A stretch of DNA of 64,000 bases from Pseudovirgaria hyperparasitica (taxonomy: Eukaryota): the NCBI GenBank assembly GCA_010093815.1, contig ML996578.1, one strand, 5' to 3'. Each line of letters starts with the position of its first letter. The stretch's first letter is position 1. Shown in pieces: positions 23,858 through 37,077 of the stretch. The notes below the pieces were generated by a model. That model ran no database searches, was not told the origin of the DNA, and saw nothing but the letters and a program-made list of their open reading frames with translations. A program made the position numbers and the translations under genes.

Positions 23858-26296
23858 TCACTTATTCGTATCCAAATTTACCAAAGTCGGGGCTACTCGC
23901 CTCTTCTTCGTTTGGCTCTCTTCTATCTCTGGTTCAGCCTCTCTCTTCCGAGAGTCCTTGCCGTCCTCTTTCTCCGACTCACTCTCTCGTCTCCCCGGCG
24001 CTGTGACAGCGCCGCTAATTGAGCTCGATGCACTGTGAGTGCCCTGACCATGACTCGGAGTCATTGGAGGTGTCCACATAGGCACCCCAGATATTGCCCC
24101 AGAGGCCGCAGCCGCAACCGTAGGAATTTGTCCAATAGATGGGGTAGCGTGAGATAAACTGATTCCCTGTGCATCTGATGGAGCAAAGCTTGACGCCTGC
24201 GTCCCAACAGAGGAAGTGGACATTGACCGAGCAGGACTAGCAGGTCTAGCAGACGCGAAAGAGGATGGCGATGCCGCGAAACCGGGCTGCGAAGGCTGTT
24301 TCGTCATAGCTGCACTCGTTGTTGTTGGGGTTGGTACAGGAGTTGAGTGAGCAGACGAAGCTGCAGTATTGATAGAGGTCGGTATCTGCTTAGTCGCCGG
24401 AGTGATATGAGTCGTTCCGTGGTATACTTGTCCAAGCTCACCAGAAGAGAAGGTGAGACATGAGCAGAATCCATCCGACGAGGTCATCAGCAAGGTCAAG
24501 CCGTCATTCGACCTGTAGTTCATGTAAGTAAGGTGCTGAATCTACGTAAAAGAGTTGCTTACCAGGTTAAATCGGTGAAGGTTGCGAAATGGAGATTGCT
24601 AACGACGCACAGAGGCTTCATTTGCTGCGTGTCGTATACGTGAACTGCGTCCTGCGTTGCTACTGCATATACCATTCGGTACGGGAGGTTGAAGGCGCTC
24701 TGCGGCCCGGCAGAAGTGGATGATACAGGAGGTTCTGGTTCAGACGGTTTAGGAGAGGAAGCTGTCATACTCGCCGAAGGTGAGGGTGAGGTAGCGCTGC
24801 TAAGTGGAGGTGGCTCCATGGCTGAAGAGGGTGTCGGTGCTTTGGGCGGTAAGGCAGGCTCTGGTAACGCTGAAATCTCATCTTCTGCAGAAGAAGTATC
24901 GATTGTGATTTGTTTAGTTGCTGTTGCGCCGGATCGGAGTGTGTAGTAGATGGGAGAACATCGAACGGCGATTGATGGTTTTTTATGTCCTGGCAGGTAC
25001 GCGATTGGAGGCTTGTTGAGGCCTGCACGGGTGTAGATGTACACGGTATTGATGATGTCTTCGGATGTCTTTGCTGAGTCTTGCAAGGTGGGATGAAGAG
25101 TCTTATATTGTCCTGCAGGGGTCAACAGCAAGCTACCATCGGGAGCAAAGGTAAGCCGCCGAAAGAAAGACGTCAATGTCTCGTTCTGGTAGAGAGCAGC
25201 ATTCCTGACACCAAGTCCAGCGTGTACACTAGGAGATGCAGAAGGCATTACCGCTGGTAGTGGGAGCGAGGGAGCGGGTGAAGCCGATCTCCGTATGGAC
25301 GGGGAAGATCCGAAAGACGACCTTCGACTGTGCGATGTAGGGGGAGGATTCATTGGAAGAGCGAGCGAACTGGGCGTTCCGGGCGCGGATGGAACTGGTG
25401 ATCCAATGGCGACACCAGAGCTCTCAGCTACGAAATGTGCTGCTGCCCTGCTTGTGAACTCCGGAGGTGCTGGACTCGTGGAGGAGATACGTCTCGCAGG
25501 CAAATCCATCTTGGTGACTTTGTTGTGTTGGCTGAGTGAGAACTGGCCATCCTTTGATTTAAGAGTATATATGTGGACGGATCGGTCGGAGGACTGCGTA
25601 GCAACAAACTCGTTGAGAGGATCCCAAGCAACACCTTGCACATAGTGGTTATGCTCGGCAATCTGCCTGACGATGGTAGCTACGGCGTGTTAGCTTAGAT
25701 TTCTGTCTCCAAGTAAGTGACTGACCTGTATGGGCATTGTATATTCTCACGACATTGTCGGTGCTGCCAGTGATGAAGAACTGCCCGTCAGGCGACCAAG
25801 CCATGTCGTAAATCTCAGTACCAGTCGATCGACACATGTGTTTTACCCTCCATGTTTCTTTGTCTTCCGAACTGTCTTCTCCAAAGCTCTGATGGCTATG
25901 GGTCTCAGAAGGAACCCACAGCAGGACGTTACCATCGTCACCAGCACTGCCCAGCATCTCGCCTGTATTGACCATTAACTCGTCTTCACAGCAGGATTAT
26001 CTGGTGATTCATACCTCTTGGACTCCATCTTACGACATTTACAGCTTGTGTATGTTTCATAAGGGTCGAGAGGTAGGTGACTTTACGCTCCTCTCCTGCT
26101 CCATCAATCTTCCAGAGCTGTTTTTTTGCATCAGCTTTCTGCAGAGTCGAGTGAGAAGGGTAGCATTGAGACTTACTCGGACGTTATTATCACCGCCAGC
26201 AGTGGCCAACCGACCCTTTCCATTGGGCTCGAAGTGTGCAGAGTAAACGGCAGCGTTTTCATTGTGCCAGGAAACGAGGAGAGGAGAGGCCTTCAT
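23858..26296 (-). CDS. CAC2: Chromatin assembly factor 1 subunit B (p60/Cac2), WD40, multi-exon
   Basis: VYSAHFEP...RLATAGGDNNVR|LWK, HTQAVNVVRWSP, SAGDDG, EIYDMAWSPD, VQGVAWDPLNEF, FFRRLTFAPDGSLL, YRMVYAVAT, SNLHFATFTDLTW; C-terminal B-domain KKRRVAPT. Confidence 0.92.
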
Positions 26297-28053
26297 GTTG
26301 GCGGATGAGGCTCTCGTTGAAGGGCGGTGGTGTCAACAGAAAGGTATATAAAGTGGCTATTCAGAAGTGTAAGAGCGAGGAGGGGCGTGGATGAGGTGGA
26401 GAAGGAACAATGCAGAGTAAAAGAGTGAAAGAGTGGTAGGGTGGTAATAGGAATGGAGGTCCATGAATCAAAGTGAGCAGTGTAGGGTAACGTTTAGCTG
26501 TGTGGAGTTGCAGATTCGCCCAATTAGCAGAGAGCTCCACGGCCTGGTCGGAGCGCGTTCGCGTCGCCTCACCCTCGCGTTTTAATCACGGACACACTAT
26601 TAATTGCCTTCCAGGTTAGCACACTCGGTCCTACTAGACATGATACAGGTGCATGTCTACTCATCAACTTGGAAATCCGCATTCTCATCCTCGTCCATTC
26701 CTCAGCATCGCCACAGTCCAACAACACTCATCATAAGCACAACTCCCTGCTAATGTCCTTCCTCTCCCATTCTCCGACACCCTTTTGGGCTGCTACTTAC
26801 TTCTAGGGGTGAGGGGAAATGCCCCGCCGAGTGGCTGAACAGAACAGGGCAATCCGAGTCTCCTGTGACCCGTCTCTGTCCTCACTCCACCGCCAATTGA
26901 TTGCGAGACCGTCGATCAAACATCAGAATGGTTTCTCGACTTGGCGTCCTTCAGGTAGTTTGGGCACGAAGCTCTGAAGGCATCCGACTGCAGTCGGTCC
27001 TGTGCTGTGTATCCTGCTGTGGTGTTTGCCAGCTCGTAGAGAAGGCTGGCATTGTCGCCGCATTCTATCAGCGAAGAACGCAACTTGTGAATCTGGTCAG
27101 CCGGAGAGCCTGTTAATTCTAATCTACGCCCTTTGGAAAGGAAGCATCTGCCTTCATCAGAGGGGTAGGTGTTGTGTCACTTGATCAAGTACCTGAATAC
27201 AAAACTACCATAACTTGGAGATAAGATACTTGGAAAGACGTATCGCTTTGGTTTACCGGGCCTTGTCAGAGACACACTCGCCACAAGCACGCAGAACATA
27301 GATAGAATGTGTGTCCTTCATAGCTAGATGTTTGAAGCAGGATTTTTCCGGGCTTAGAACTTGAAATGAGTGGAATGTCTCCGATCTCACGGCACGATCT
27401 ATGCCTGCTGATATTGACCCGATACTTGGAAGTTGTCGTCACGACCATTGTAATGACTAATTAAGAAGGCTGCTGACTGCCCCTAAGCAGACGTCGGACA
27501 TTCATGATACACTGGACTGTAGTGTAGGAGGCCTCCAGCCAATAACATGACCTGACACGGCATAGCGCAACGTGAGCAGAACGTGCTACTCGGGGCGCTC
27601 TGGGCGTTCTGGTCTGGGCGTTGGCGTCTGCAACACTGCGGGGAATCCACGTCTTCGTTGATTCATGTCATTCGTATAATAGGTCGCTCGGACGTCTTAT
27701 GCATCTTTGCCTTGTTAGAGGCGACCGGGCTCGCTGCCGCGCATGCAAACCAGACCGTCGCCATCCAAACCCGCCAATCCACGCGCACCGGATGAAGCCC
27801 TTATTGTTCTTGTTGCCCTCGATGTCGGTTGGCGTTAGATACAACAGTCACCGAGCCGAGGCATTAGGGCTGTCCGAAAAATGCACTTTATCAGTCCGCT
27901 TGATTCACTTCCGGGTGTATCGCGCCGAATCATGCCACATTATAGCTGAGGATTAAGACCATATACCTATCCTGAAGCTTCATCTTCCGAGCTCCAATGA
28001 GCTGCAACGCACACTGAGGCCCCTTTTACGAAACAAAACACGTACGGAACATC

Positions 28054-30131
28054 ATGGCTGGTACGTATTGCTATTTAGACGTCTTCTCCACTAGATTGAG
28101 AGCTTACGCTGTCTAGGTCTTCTGGGATCTCTGAGCCTCCCAATAGCTCTTCCTCTAGCGACTGCGTCACTCGCGTATCTTAATGGCAAATATGGCCTTA
28201 CTGCAGACTTCCATGTCCTATCCGCACTTATATCAAGCGGGATTCGTATGCGCTTGCGGCTCCGGCGCGATCGCATGAGCATGTTCTACGATCTCGAAGA
28301 CCGTGCGAATAACAAGAAAGAGGCCGATCATCCGTTCCTGGTCTTTTCGGGCAAGACATGGACGTACAAGGAATCATACATGTGCGTGCTGAGGTACGCG
28401 CGTTGGCTCAAGGAAGATATGGGTGTGAAGAAGGACGATATTGTAGCGCTTGACTTTACGAACGGCGATACTATGATCTTTCTGATGTTTGCCCTATGGA
28501 ACCTGGGGGCGAGGCCTGCGCTCATCAACTACAACCTGACCGGGATACCTTTGCTCCACAGCGTTAAAGCTAGCACAGCTCGTCTGATCATCGTCGATCC
28601 TGAAGTACAAGAGAAGCTCACAGAAGAAGTGAGGCAGAACTTCAGTAATGAGTCCTTCAGAGACGATGGCGGCTCAGTCAAGGTGGTGATTTTGGACCGA
28701 GCGACAGAGGACCAGATATTATCGAGTGCCGAAGGATGGAGGGATCCGGATGAAGTTCGCGCAGGAGCAACTCAAGCCGATATGGCCATGTTGATCTACA
28801 CGAGTGGGACGACTGGCTTGCCGAAACCTGCTGTGGTCAGCTGGCACAAGATCGGAATGGGTTCGCTATTCACAGCTAGCATGTTACCTGCCTATAAGAC
28901 CGATATCATATACACAGTAAGTTCGACTTGTCACTGTTCTTTCAAACATAGCTAACGCAGAGGACAGTGCATGCCTCTATATCACAGCTCAGCGAGCGTA
29001 ATGGCAATGGGCGCAGCTTTACAGACTGGTGCAACTCTTTCTCTAGGAAAACGCTTCAGCGTGCGGACATTTTGGTCGGAAGTCCAGTCTTCGAAAGCGA
29101 CAATGGTTCAATACGTAGGAGAGACGCTTCGATATCTTTTATCTGCCCCCGAACTGCCGACAGACACTGAGCATAACGTCCGTCTGGTATATGGCAATGG
29201 CCTTCGTCCTGATGTCTGGCCAGTCTTTCAGAAACGATTCGCTATACCTATGGTATGCGAGTTCTATGCTGCGACCGAAGGACCCGGCCTTATGATGAAT
29301 CGCAGTAAGAACGACTTTGCACGTGGAGCTGTTGGCAGATCTGGGTTGATCATCCGAAAATTGATGGCTGGAGGCTCCACCACTGTCAAATTCGACCACG
29401 AGACCAATTCCGCTATACGTGACGCTAAGACTGGGTTCTGCATCCCAGTCGATGAAAACGAGCCAGGAGAGCTTCTTTATCGCTTGGATGAGAAGGATAT
29501 TAAGAGTACATTCCAAGGCTACTTTGGCAATAAGGAGGCTACCTCCAAGAAGATCCTACGAGATGTCTTGGTGAAAGGGGATGCCTATTTCAGCACCGGG
29601 GATCTACTCCGACGAGACAGTGAAGGCCGCGTCTGGTTTGTCGATCGCATCGGCGATACGTTCCGATGGCGCAGCGAAAATGTCAGTACTGCCGAAGTAG
29701 GCGAAGTGGTTGGTCTTACTCCTGGTGTGGCGGAGGCCAACATATATGGCGTTCTGGTTCCCAAACATGACGGCCGTGCTGGCTGTGCAGCCATCATCCT
29801 CAAAGACCAGGAGTCTACGGCTACACTGACGACCTCATCATCCTCACCATCTCCGGTGCCAGTCCCCCCGGAAAGCATACTCACAGCAATTGCCTCGCAA
29901 GCTTCGAAGAACCTCCCAAAGTACGCTGTACCGCTGTTCCTGCGCTTTACCCGCGCTATGGATCTTACAGGAACGAACAAGCAGCAGAAGGCTACGCTGC
30001 GCGAGCAAGGGATTCAAGTCGACCAGATAGCCAAGACTGGCGATCGGATGTATTGGATGAAGGACGGACGATATGTCCCATTCGAGGAGAGCGATCTCAA
30101 GATGATAGAATCCGGCGGCGCAAAGCTATGA
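28054..30131 (+). CDS. FAT1: Very-long-chain acyl-CoA synthetase / fatty acid transport protein (FATP family) with PTS1; exons 28054-28060, 28117-28916, 28968-30131
   Basis: AMP-binding IYTSGTTGLPK, CMPLYHSS, QYVGETLRY, EFYAATEG, FATP motif DRIGDTFRWRSENVST; C-terminal -AKL peroxisomal signal. Confidence 0.9.
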
Positions 30132-30256
30132 GCAAGCCATCTTCCATGTAAATGATACCAAGCGTCCAATCTCAGCGAACAAATTCTATGCAAGCTCCTG
30201 GATAATGCCCATCTCCATTCACACATAAAAACCCACCTCTCACATCCCTCACACCT

Positions 30257-31568
30257 CTACTCCAACTCCTTCCAAAAACCCAAGATGGCCTCCGCACATT
30301 CCTTACCATGACTAATCGGCACCTCGTGACCCGCATCCAAAACAACCAACCTCCGCTGCTCCTCGCCAAACAGCCGCTCAAACCTCGGACCATACTCCGC
30401 CAGCCTGATGATCGGATCCCGCGCGCCCAGTATCATCAGCACCCGGCACCCTATCCGCCGCCACTCGTCCTCCTGCCCGTAGATGGGCGCATGCTGCAGA
30501 CTCGACACAAACGCCATCGGCAGCCCCGCATGCGTATCCAGACTCTCGTTCACTGCCTGATTACACGCCGCCGCCGTCCACGTTCGCCCAGCTTCATACG
30601 TCTTCACTCCATCGTCCGTGTCTCCCCCTTCACCATCACTATCCCCCGTACCCGCCGCCATGCCCACCTCATCCGCACCCACAACGCCCCCCTCCTCCCT
30701 CTCAACACCACCCACACTCCACAATATCCGCCTCACAACGCCGTCCCGCCACGATCTCGGCATGACGGCCTGCACCGCCGGCGCGTAGAAGATGCGCGTG
30801 CGCCACGACATGGCGGTGTAGCGCAGCAGACCCGCCGGCGCAATGGCCACGAGCGAGCGCACGCGGGCGGGGAAATGGGCAGCGAAGTTTGCGGCCAGGC
30901 CGCCGCCGAGGGAGTATCCGAGGATGTGGAAGGAGGATGAGGGGGCGAGCCAGGGGAGCGGGGAGGAGGCGAGGACGAGGTGGATCTGGGAGGTGTAGAG
31001 GAGGGCGGAGTAGGGGGCGAGGGGGGCGTCGGTGTAGCCGCGGCCGAAGAGGTCTGTCGGAGGGGGGCGGGGATGTTATTATGATTATGATGGCTGAGAG
31101 GTGGTGGAGGGGGGAGAAGGGGGTATATATATAGGGGGGGGGAGATGCAGAAAGTGGTTGTCCATACATACCGAATAGCATAACCCTATACCCGCCATCC
31201 ACCAGCCTCGGCGCCAGATTCGCAAACGCAATGCTCGGCGTGCTTATCCCATGCACGAACAACACCTTCTCCCCGTCCTCGGGCCCCCATTCGTATACTC
31301 TGATGCTGCCGAAAGGGGTATCGACGTCACGTGCGCCTGGCAGCGCATCAGGTGGATAGGCCAGTTTCCTCTGCTCTTGCGGCGACAGGTGTGGTAAGAG
31401 GGTTTTTCGGGGGCCATCGATCCATTGCTTGGCGGCTGAGGGGGGGGATTTGAATGCGTGGAGGGAGATGTGGCGGAGGAGGAGGAGGGTGGTGGTGAGG
31501 GATGTGAGGCCTAGGGCTGCTGTGTAGAGGGCGCGGGGTGGTGTGGGGAGGATAGAGGAGGAGAACAT
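30257..31568 (-). CDS. Alpha/beta-hydrolase with N-terminal hydrophobic anchor; exons 31568-31172, 31053-30257
   Basis: VYEWGPEDGEKVLFVHGISTP, YRVMLF|DLFGRGYTD, nucleophile elbow GYSLGG, GARDPII, AGHEV. Confidence 0.85.
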
Positions 31569-32851
31569 GGCTTTCTTGGGGAGATGTCTATGGGGCACTA
31601 CCACAGGATAGAGATCATGGTATATACAAGAGTGGATGATTATATTAGAAATACATTGCGTGTATGCAGATATTAGAGAGCCCGTCTTCTCGAGGCTGAA
31701 GCAACGGTCGTGGGCTGGTGGGGACTGGGTGGTTCACACTAAACTGCTACTTGTTGCCGGGGAATGAAGCCAGTTAGGGGTTCCGAAAGGGCCAACTTCC
31801 AACCTTAAACATTATCTTGACGTCTGAAGAAGTTGTAGGGTTGAAAGTGAGTAGAGTGTGTATGTACCACTTGTTGTCAGTGTCGAACGGATGACTCAAT
31901 GTACAATGCTGGTGACTTGGACACTGGCCATCCAGCGCTGTGTGCCAGCTACATACTACATACATACAAAAATAGCGCACACACCGCCACAGACAGGCGC
32001 GCGCCGACGCTTCATGGTTCTAGGATCTAGCCATTGGGAACAGACATGTCAACTAATTAATGCCGGCGACGATCAATGGGCAAAGTAGCAATGAAATCAT
32101 GTAGCGGTAGTCTATTGCGCAGAGATGAGGCGAAGTGAATTCGTCATGGTGCTGCCAAAGAGGATACGCGCGTTTCCGCTGTAATTAGGGAAGCCAAACT
32201 TGGAGTTTCAGAATTCGGGCCAGTCAGGTTGCGCAGAGTGGAGAGTCTTTGTTGTCTGGTGTTGTGGGCTGTGCAGGCCGGCGGTAATAGTGGACTTGTT
32301 TCTTCGTTTATGCCTCCAAAGGGAGTGATTAGTGTTAGTAAAGTAATAGTAGTAATTAAATCAAGTAGATCCATCTGCCACCTCCCTCTGATGCCATTCG
32401 TAGCCCGCTTTTCTTCGACTCGCGGAGAGAAGAAGAAGGACAACGGCTACGGCAACGCAACGGCCAGGGGGTTCGCTTGTTCCCATTCCATTTCACTGCC
32501 TTTTTACTTTTTTTCTTTTCTTTGCGGCGTTGCGCTAATCTCTACTGGTTGAGCTGTGTGAATTCCCTCAATTATCTACCGGTTGCGTGTCTCGTTGCCG
32601 GTCCTGTTTCCTGGCTTCTTCTTCATTTCATCCTGGATCCCCGACCAAGAGTCTGTCAGCGCTGCATCATCCTCCACCAACAAGCGGCAATTCGAACGAC
32701 CTCAGCCGCTGCCCTACTTCCACGCCCTATTTGACTTTGAACACCGACTTTGCTCTCTTTCAAACACCTTCTCGCATATAACTTCTCACGATCCCTTTGT
32801 CCATCCTCAAGCTCTGGAGCAGCGCGGCTTTAGAGAGCTCCCCACTTCACC

Positions 32852-34510
32852 ATGGATCGGTTCGCAGGCAATCAGAAGCTGCCATTTTCCAAGAAGAGGC
32901 TGCCAAAGAGGGTCATATTCTCGTACTTCTCCCCCCCAACCAAGCTTTGACAGACTTTCTTTTCTGACTCTATACCGTCCTGTAGATATGTCCTCGACTA
33001 CTTGATAATAATGTAAGTCTCTAGCACGCGACCAACTTCCTATTCCAGCCTTTCAAGTTGCCTGACCATAAATCCAGAGTCCTCATTGGCGCTTTCTACG
33101 CAATCGATAAGATCGAGCCCTACCACCAGCAGTTCTCTCTGAAGAACTACACACTACATTATACATATGCCGTCAAGGAGCGAGTGCCAGTCCCGCTGCT
33201 CATCGTGCTGGTCGTTGGGTTTCCAGCCGCCGTGATCGCAGTCTACACTCTGGTCATCGATGGCCTGTTTTCGCACGCGATACCGACTGCGCCCAAGTCG
33301 GGGATGAGGAGAATGCTCACGGGGCGATACAGGTTCAAGGATAGGCTATGGGAGTTCAACTGCGGCCTGCTCGGTCTCGCTCTTGCGGTTGGTGCCGCCT
33401 TCACCATAACTGGAGCCTTGAAGAACGCGATTGGAAAGCCGAGGCCAGACCTCATAGATCGATGTAAACCTCTTGTTACAGAGGATCCTGGCCCGCTACT
33501 GCTCTCAAACTATACTATTTGCACGCAGGAAGATCAATACATCTTCCGCGATGGCTTCAAGAGCTTCCCTTCGGGTCACAGCAGCTGTGAGTACGACTTG
33601 AGACGCACGATACCGGCCACTAACATATCTAGCTGCGTTTGCCGGGCTGTTCTACCTTTCCATATACTTGGCAGCGAAAATGCACGTATTAGACTCCAAA
33701 GGCGAGGTCTGGAAGACGTTTATCGTCATGGTTCCCACCCTGGCTGCAGCTTTAATAGCTGGCTCGCGAATCATGGACGCTCGTCACCACCCGTTCGACG
33801 TCATCACAGGAAGTCTGCTTGGGATGCTCACTGCGTGGGGATCTTACCGGCAATACTTTCCACCAGTATCTGAGACGTGGAGAAAAGGACGGGCATACCC
33901 CATCCGAAGCTGGGGCAAAGATCCCCTAGCTCCGGAACAGAGACTCGTTCACGAGGATTCTATACCACTGCAGCCCATCGTAAAAGTGAGGGACGAGGAG
34001 CGCCGGGGATCCGGATCGTCGACCGGTGTCGCTGAGCACCAAGGCAACGTGTTTCGCGAACAGATATCCGCCTCCCAACGACAACGAGCAGTCAACAACC
34101 AATCTCCGTACAACCCACCTGCACCACCTGGCTATGGAGTACCGCGCCGCGAAGAGACTCAAAGCTCAACATACTCGCAGCAAGTCCCTCCAGGCCGCAA
34201 TCCCTTCCTACAGGCTCCTCCTCGCCACGATAATTATGACGAGTCCTCGTCCGAAGACGAATACGACGACTTGTCGCGCCAGTACACACTCTCGAACCCT
34301 CAACGCGGCGCTATCAGCCCCTACGAGCCCAACAATAACCTAGAAGATACCTCATATCCTTCGCAGACGATACCCCCTGTGCAGGCAACGATCCACACTC
34401 CGCCTGGAGTCCACCGCAGCGACGGAGAGCGCTCCAGCTCCGTCCCGAGAAGGCCCATCGGCGAGCCTGAACGACAGCGGGGCGTGCAACTAACTGAATC
34501 ATACGCATAA
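32852..34510 (+). CDS. PAP2 family lipid phosphate / diacylglycerol pyrophosphate phosphatase (Dpp1/Lpp1-like); exons 32852-32922, 32986-33012, 33078-33586, 33633-34510
   Basis: All three PAP2 motifs are present: KNAIGKPRP, SFPSGHSS, SRIMDARHHPFDV. Long disordered C-terminal tail. Confidence 0.9.
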
Positions 34511-35159
34511 AAAGACAGCCGCCAATTGCATATCGAGATAACCTTTTTTTTGATACTGCCATATTACTCTCAAGTCTATCACGACCACGCTGGCTATGTT
34601 TTTGATTTATCATTTGCAAGGCGTTACGGGGTATCTATCGGGCAGCAACACAATTGCTTCTCTCTATGATGTCGGTGGTATTTGGTGCCTAGGTTTGTTG
34701 GCCGTTTTTTAGCGGGCATCTGGACTGCGCAGTGTCGCGCGTTACGAGAATCTTTCGTGTGCAGGCTTGTATTGTATTGAGGATGGAAATGTTCTATGCA
34801 GATACAATATACTGTTGAATTTGTAACAGTTTTTGATGCATCTGTGAGTGCGTTTGATACTTCGTGATGGGCAAGCTTGTCAAGAGTGCATTCTACGGTC
34901 GGTAATATTGATTTGAGACGTCATTTAAGCAAGGCCTGGGCTTATCATGAGGTGTTGATGCCTGAGGCTGCAAGAGTCAGGTAGCTTTCACCGGTACGGC
35001 CCCACTTCAACCTCTAAATCTACCCAGCCAGCTCTGAATTTTGACTCCAGCTCTGAACCTTTTCTTCGCCGACAACACGCACCATTCCTTTCGACGGTCA
35101 CAGCTGGACCCCCATGATCGAACGATAGCGTCGTCCCCCAATTCTGCCTTTCCCCAAAG

Positions 35160-36441
35160 ATGGCGCCAAAAATGTCCCCCGCGGACATGGCAAAGGAGAA
35201 AGCCAGTCAGGCCATGGGTCAAGCGCTCTACGGCGCGTGCCAGGAGCACTTGGAGCGCGATCCAGACTATTTCTTCGCACAAGAGGACTTTGAAAGCTAC
35301 AATGTAGTTCCAAGAGCAGAGACCGGTAATGCCGTGCAATGGCTGGTCAACAATCACCTTGTAAGAGTCTACACATCCCAGGATGGCCAAGTGCTCTTCA
35401 AGCTGCGACCAGAGGATGTTGCGAAGCGGTATGTTCTTCCTGACTGTGACTGCGAAGCTGTACCAACTGTATGACTGATACGAACCCCCCCAATCCAGCC
35501 TCCGCACCAACCCTGCCGAAATGGAAGACCTCGTCTACCAACACATCGAAGACTCCTCGACGGCCGGCCTGTGGACCAAGACGCTCAAGGCCCGCGCAAA
35601 CATGCAGACCAACGTCCTCAACAAAGCCATCAAGTCCCTCGAGTCCAAGAAGCTCATCAAGCTCATCGTCAGCGTCAAATCCCCAACCAAGAAAATGTAC
35701 ATGCTCTGGCACCTCTCTGCCGCCGAAGACGTCGCCGGCGGCGCCTTCTACGACGGCGGCGAGCTCGACGCCGGCCTCATCTACGAAATGAGCAACATGA
35801 TCCGCGTCATCGTCCAGGCCCGCAGCTGGGACATTTCCTGGGAGCACATCCCGCGCGACGAGTGGGCGGCAGCGTACCCCGGCGGCACGTCGACGAGCAC
35901 CGGCAAGTTCAAGCCGCCCGACCCGCGCCCCATCGTCCGGCCCATGCCGCCCGACTACTCCGACTACCACACCACCGACAGCCTGCTCAAGGAGTTCAAC
36001 GACAAGCGCGTCCTCAACAACGTCACCCTCACCAAGCACGACCTGCAAATGGTCCTGGACGCCATGGTCTACGACGGCAAGCTAGAAGCCATGTCCGACG
36101 AAACATACCGCGTCGCTCGACCCGCACTTGGCCTACCGCGCGACTCTCAAGCCCCGTCCGGCAGTCTATGGGACATGGAAGACTACGGAAGCGGAAGCGG
36201 ACACGGAAACGCACAAGGAAACGGGTATACGCGCGCGCCATGTAGTCGATGCCCCGTGTTCAACTTGTGCGAGGAAGGCGGGCCCGTGAGCGCGAGTAAC
36301 TGCGAGTACTTTGAGCGCTGGCTCCGGCCGAAGAAGAACAAGATGTTGGCCGAGGAGGGCATGCTGATGACGCCGGCGTTGAAGGAGCGCGTGGATGCGC
36401 AGCTGGAGGCGCTGAGGAAGAAGGAGGAGGGTGTTGCGTGA
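35160..36441 (+). CDS. RPC34: RNA polymerase III subunit Rpc34/RPC6; exons 35160-35428, 35499-36441
   Basis: VYQHIEDSSTAGLWTK, KSLESKKLIK, KKMYML, GGAFYDGGELD, MVYDGKLE; C-terminal Fe-S Cys motif PCSRCPVFNLCEEGGPVSASNCEYF. Confidence 0.9.
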
Positions 36442-36654
36442 GGGTTTGGAGGGGAGGGGGGCTGGCGGGGCGTCTTTTGTACCTATGGTGTCCGGGTGTA
36501 TATGTATAGTTTGGCGTTGTGTAGAGTGAATACCCCCCTTTCGGCCCGGCACAGGTTTCCTGGCAGTCATGTATATACATACATACATACACGCATAAAT
36601 GACTCACTGACTTGGCGAAAAAAAGCCAAGCCGGACGACATGGCGCAGGCGTTT

Positions 36655-36676
36655 GTATCTATCTATCTATCTATCT

Positions 36677-36709
<33 letters not shown>

Positions 36710-36714
36710 GAGAG
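36655..36714. repeat. Compound microsatellite (TATC)n-(AG)n
   Basis: tatctatctatctatctatctagagagagagag... read directly. Confidence 0.9.
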
Positions 36715-37077
36715 CAAAAAGCATGGGGGTGTTTGCAGAAACAACAGTTTTGTCAAACAACATTAGAAGATAGATAATCTAATGGTTTAAAACAAATTAT
36801 AGCCCTGCACAAGAGGAGGCAGCTTGACCTTTAATAGCTAGTAGTAGTACATTGTTTTCAGCACACTTGAAGTCTCGCAGAAGATATGTCCCCCCCCCCG
36901 CCCCCCAACCGTTCGAACGCCCAAATTACCCACTATCTAAAACAAACACACGCGCGCGGGCAATACCTCAGACGCCTGCCCCAAACAAACAAACAAACCA
37001 TTCAACACTCCCCTCTCCCCTCCCCAGAACACACGCACGCCGACATGACAGGCAATCCCACCATCACCCATCACCCA

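Noticed and set aside
26300..28050. Possible small gene between CAC2 and FAT1
   Set aside because: Only short ORFs, mostly with non-ATG starts, without motifs or credible splice structure.
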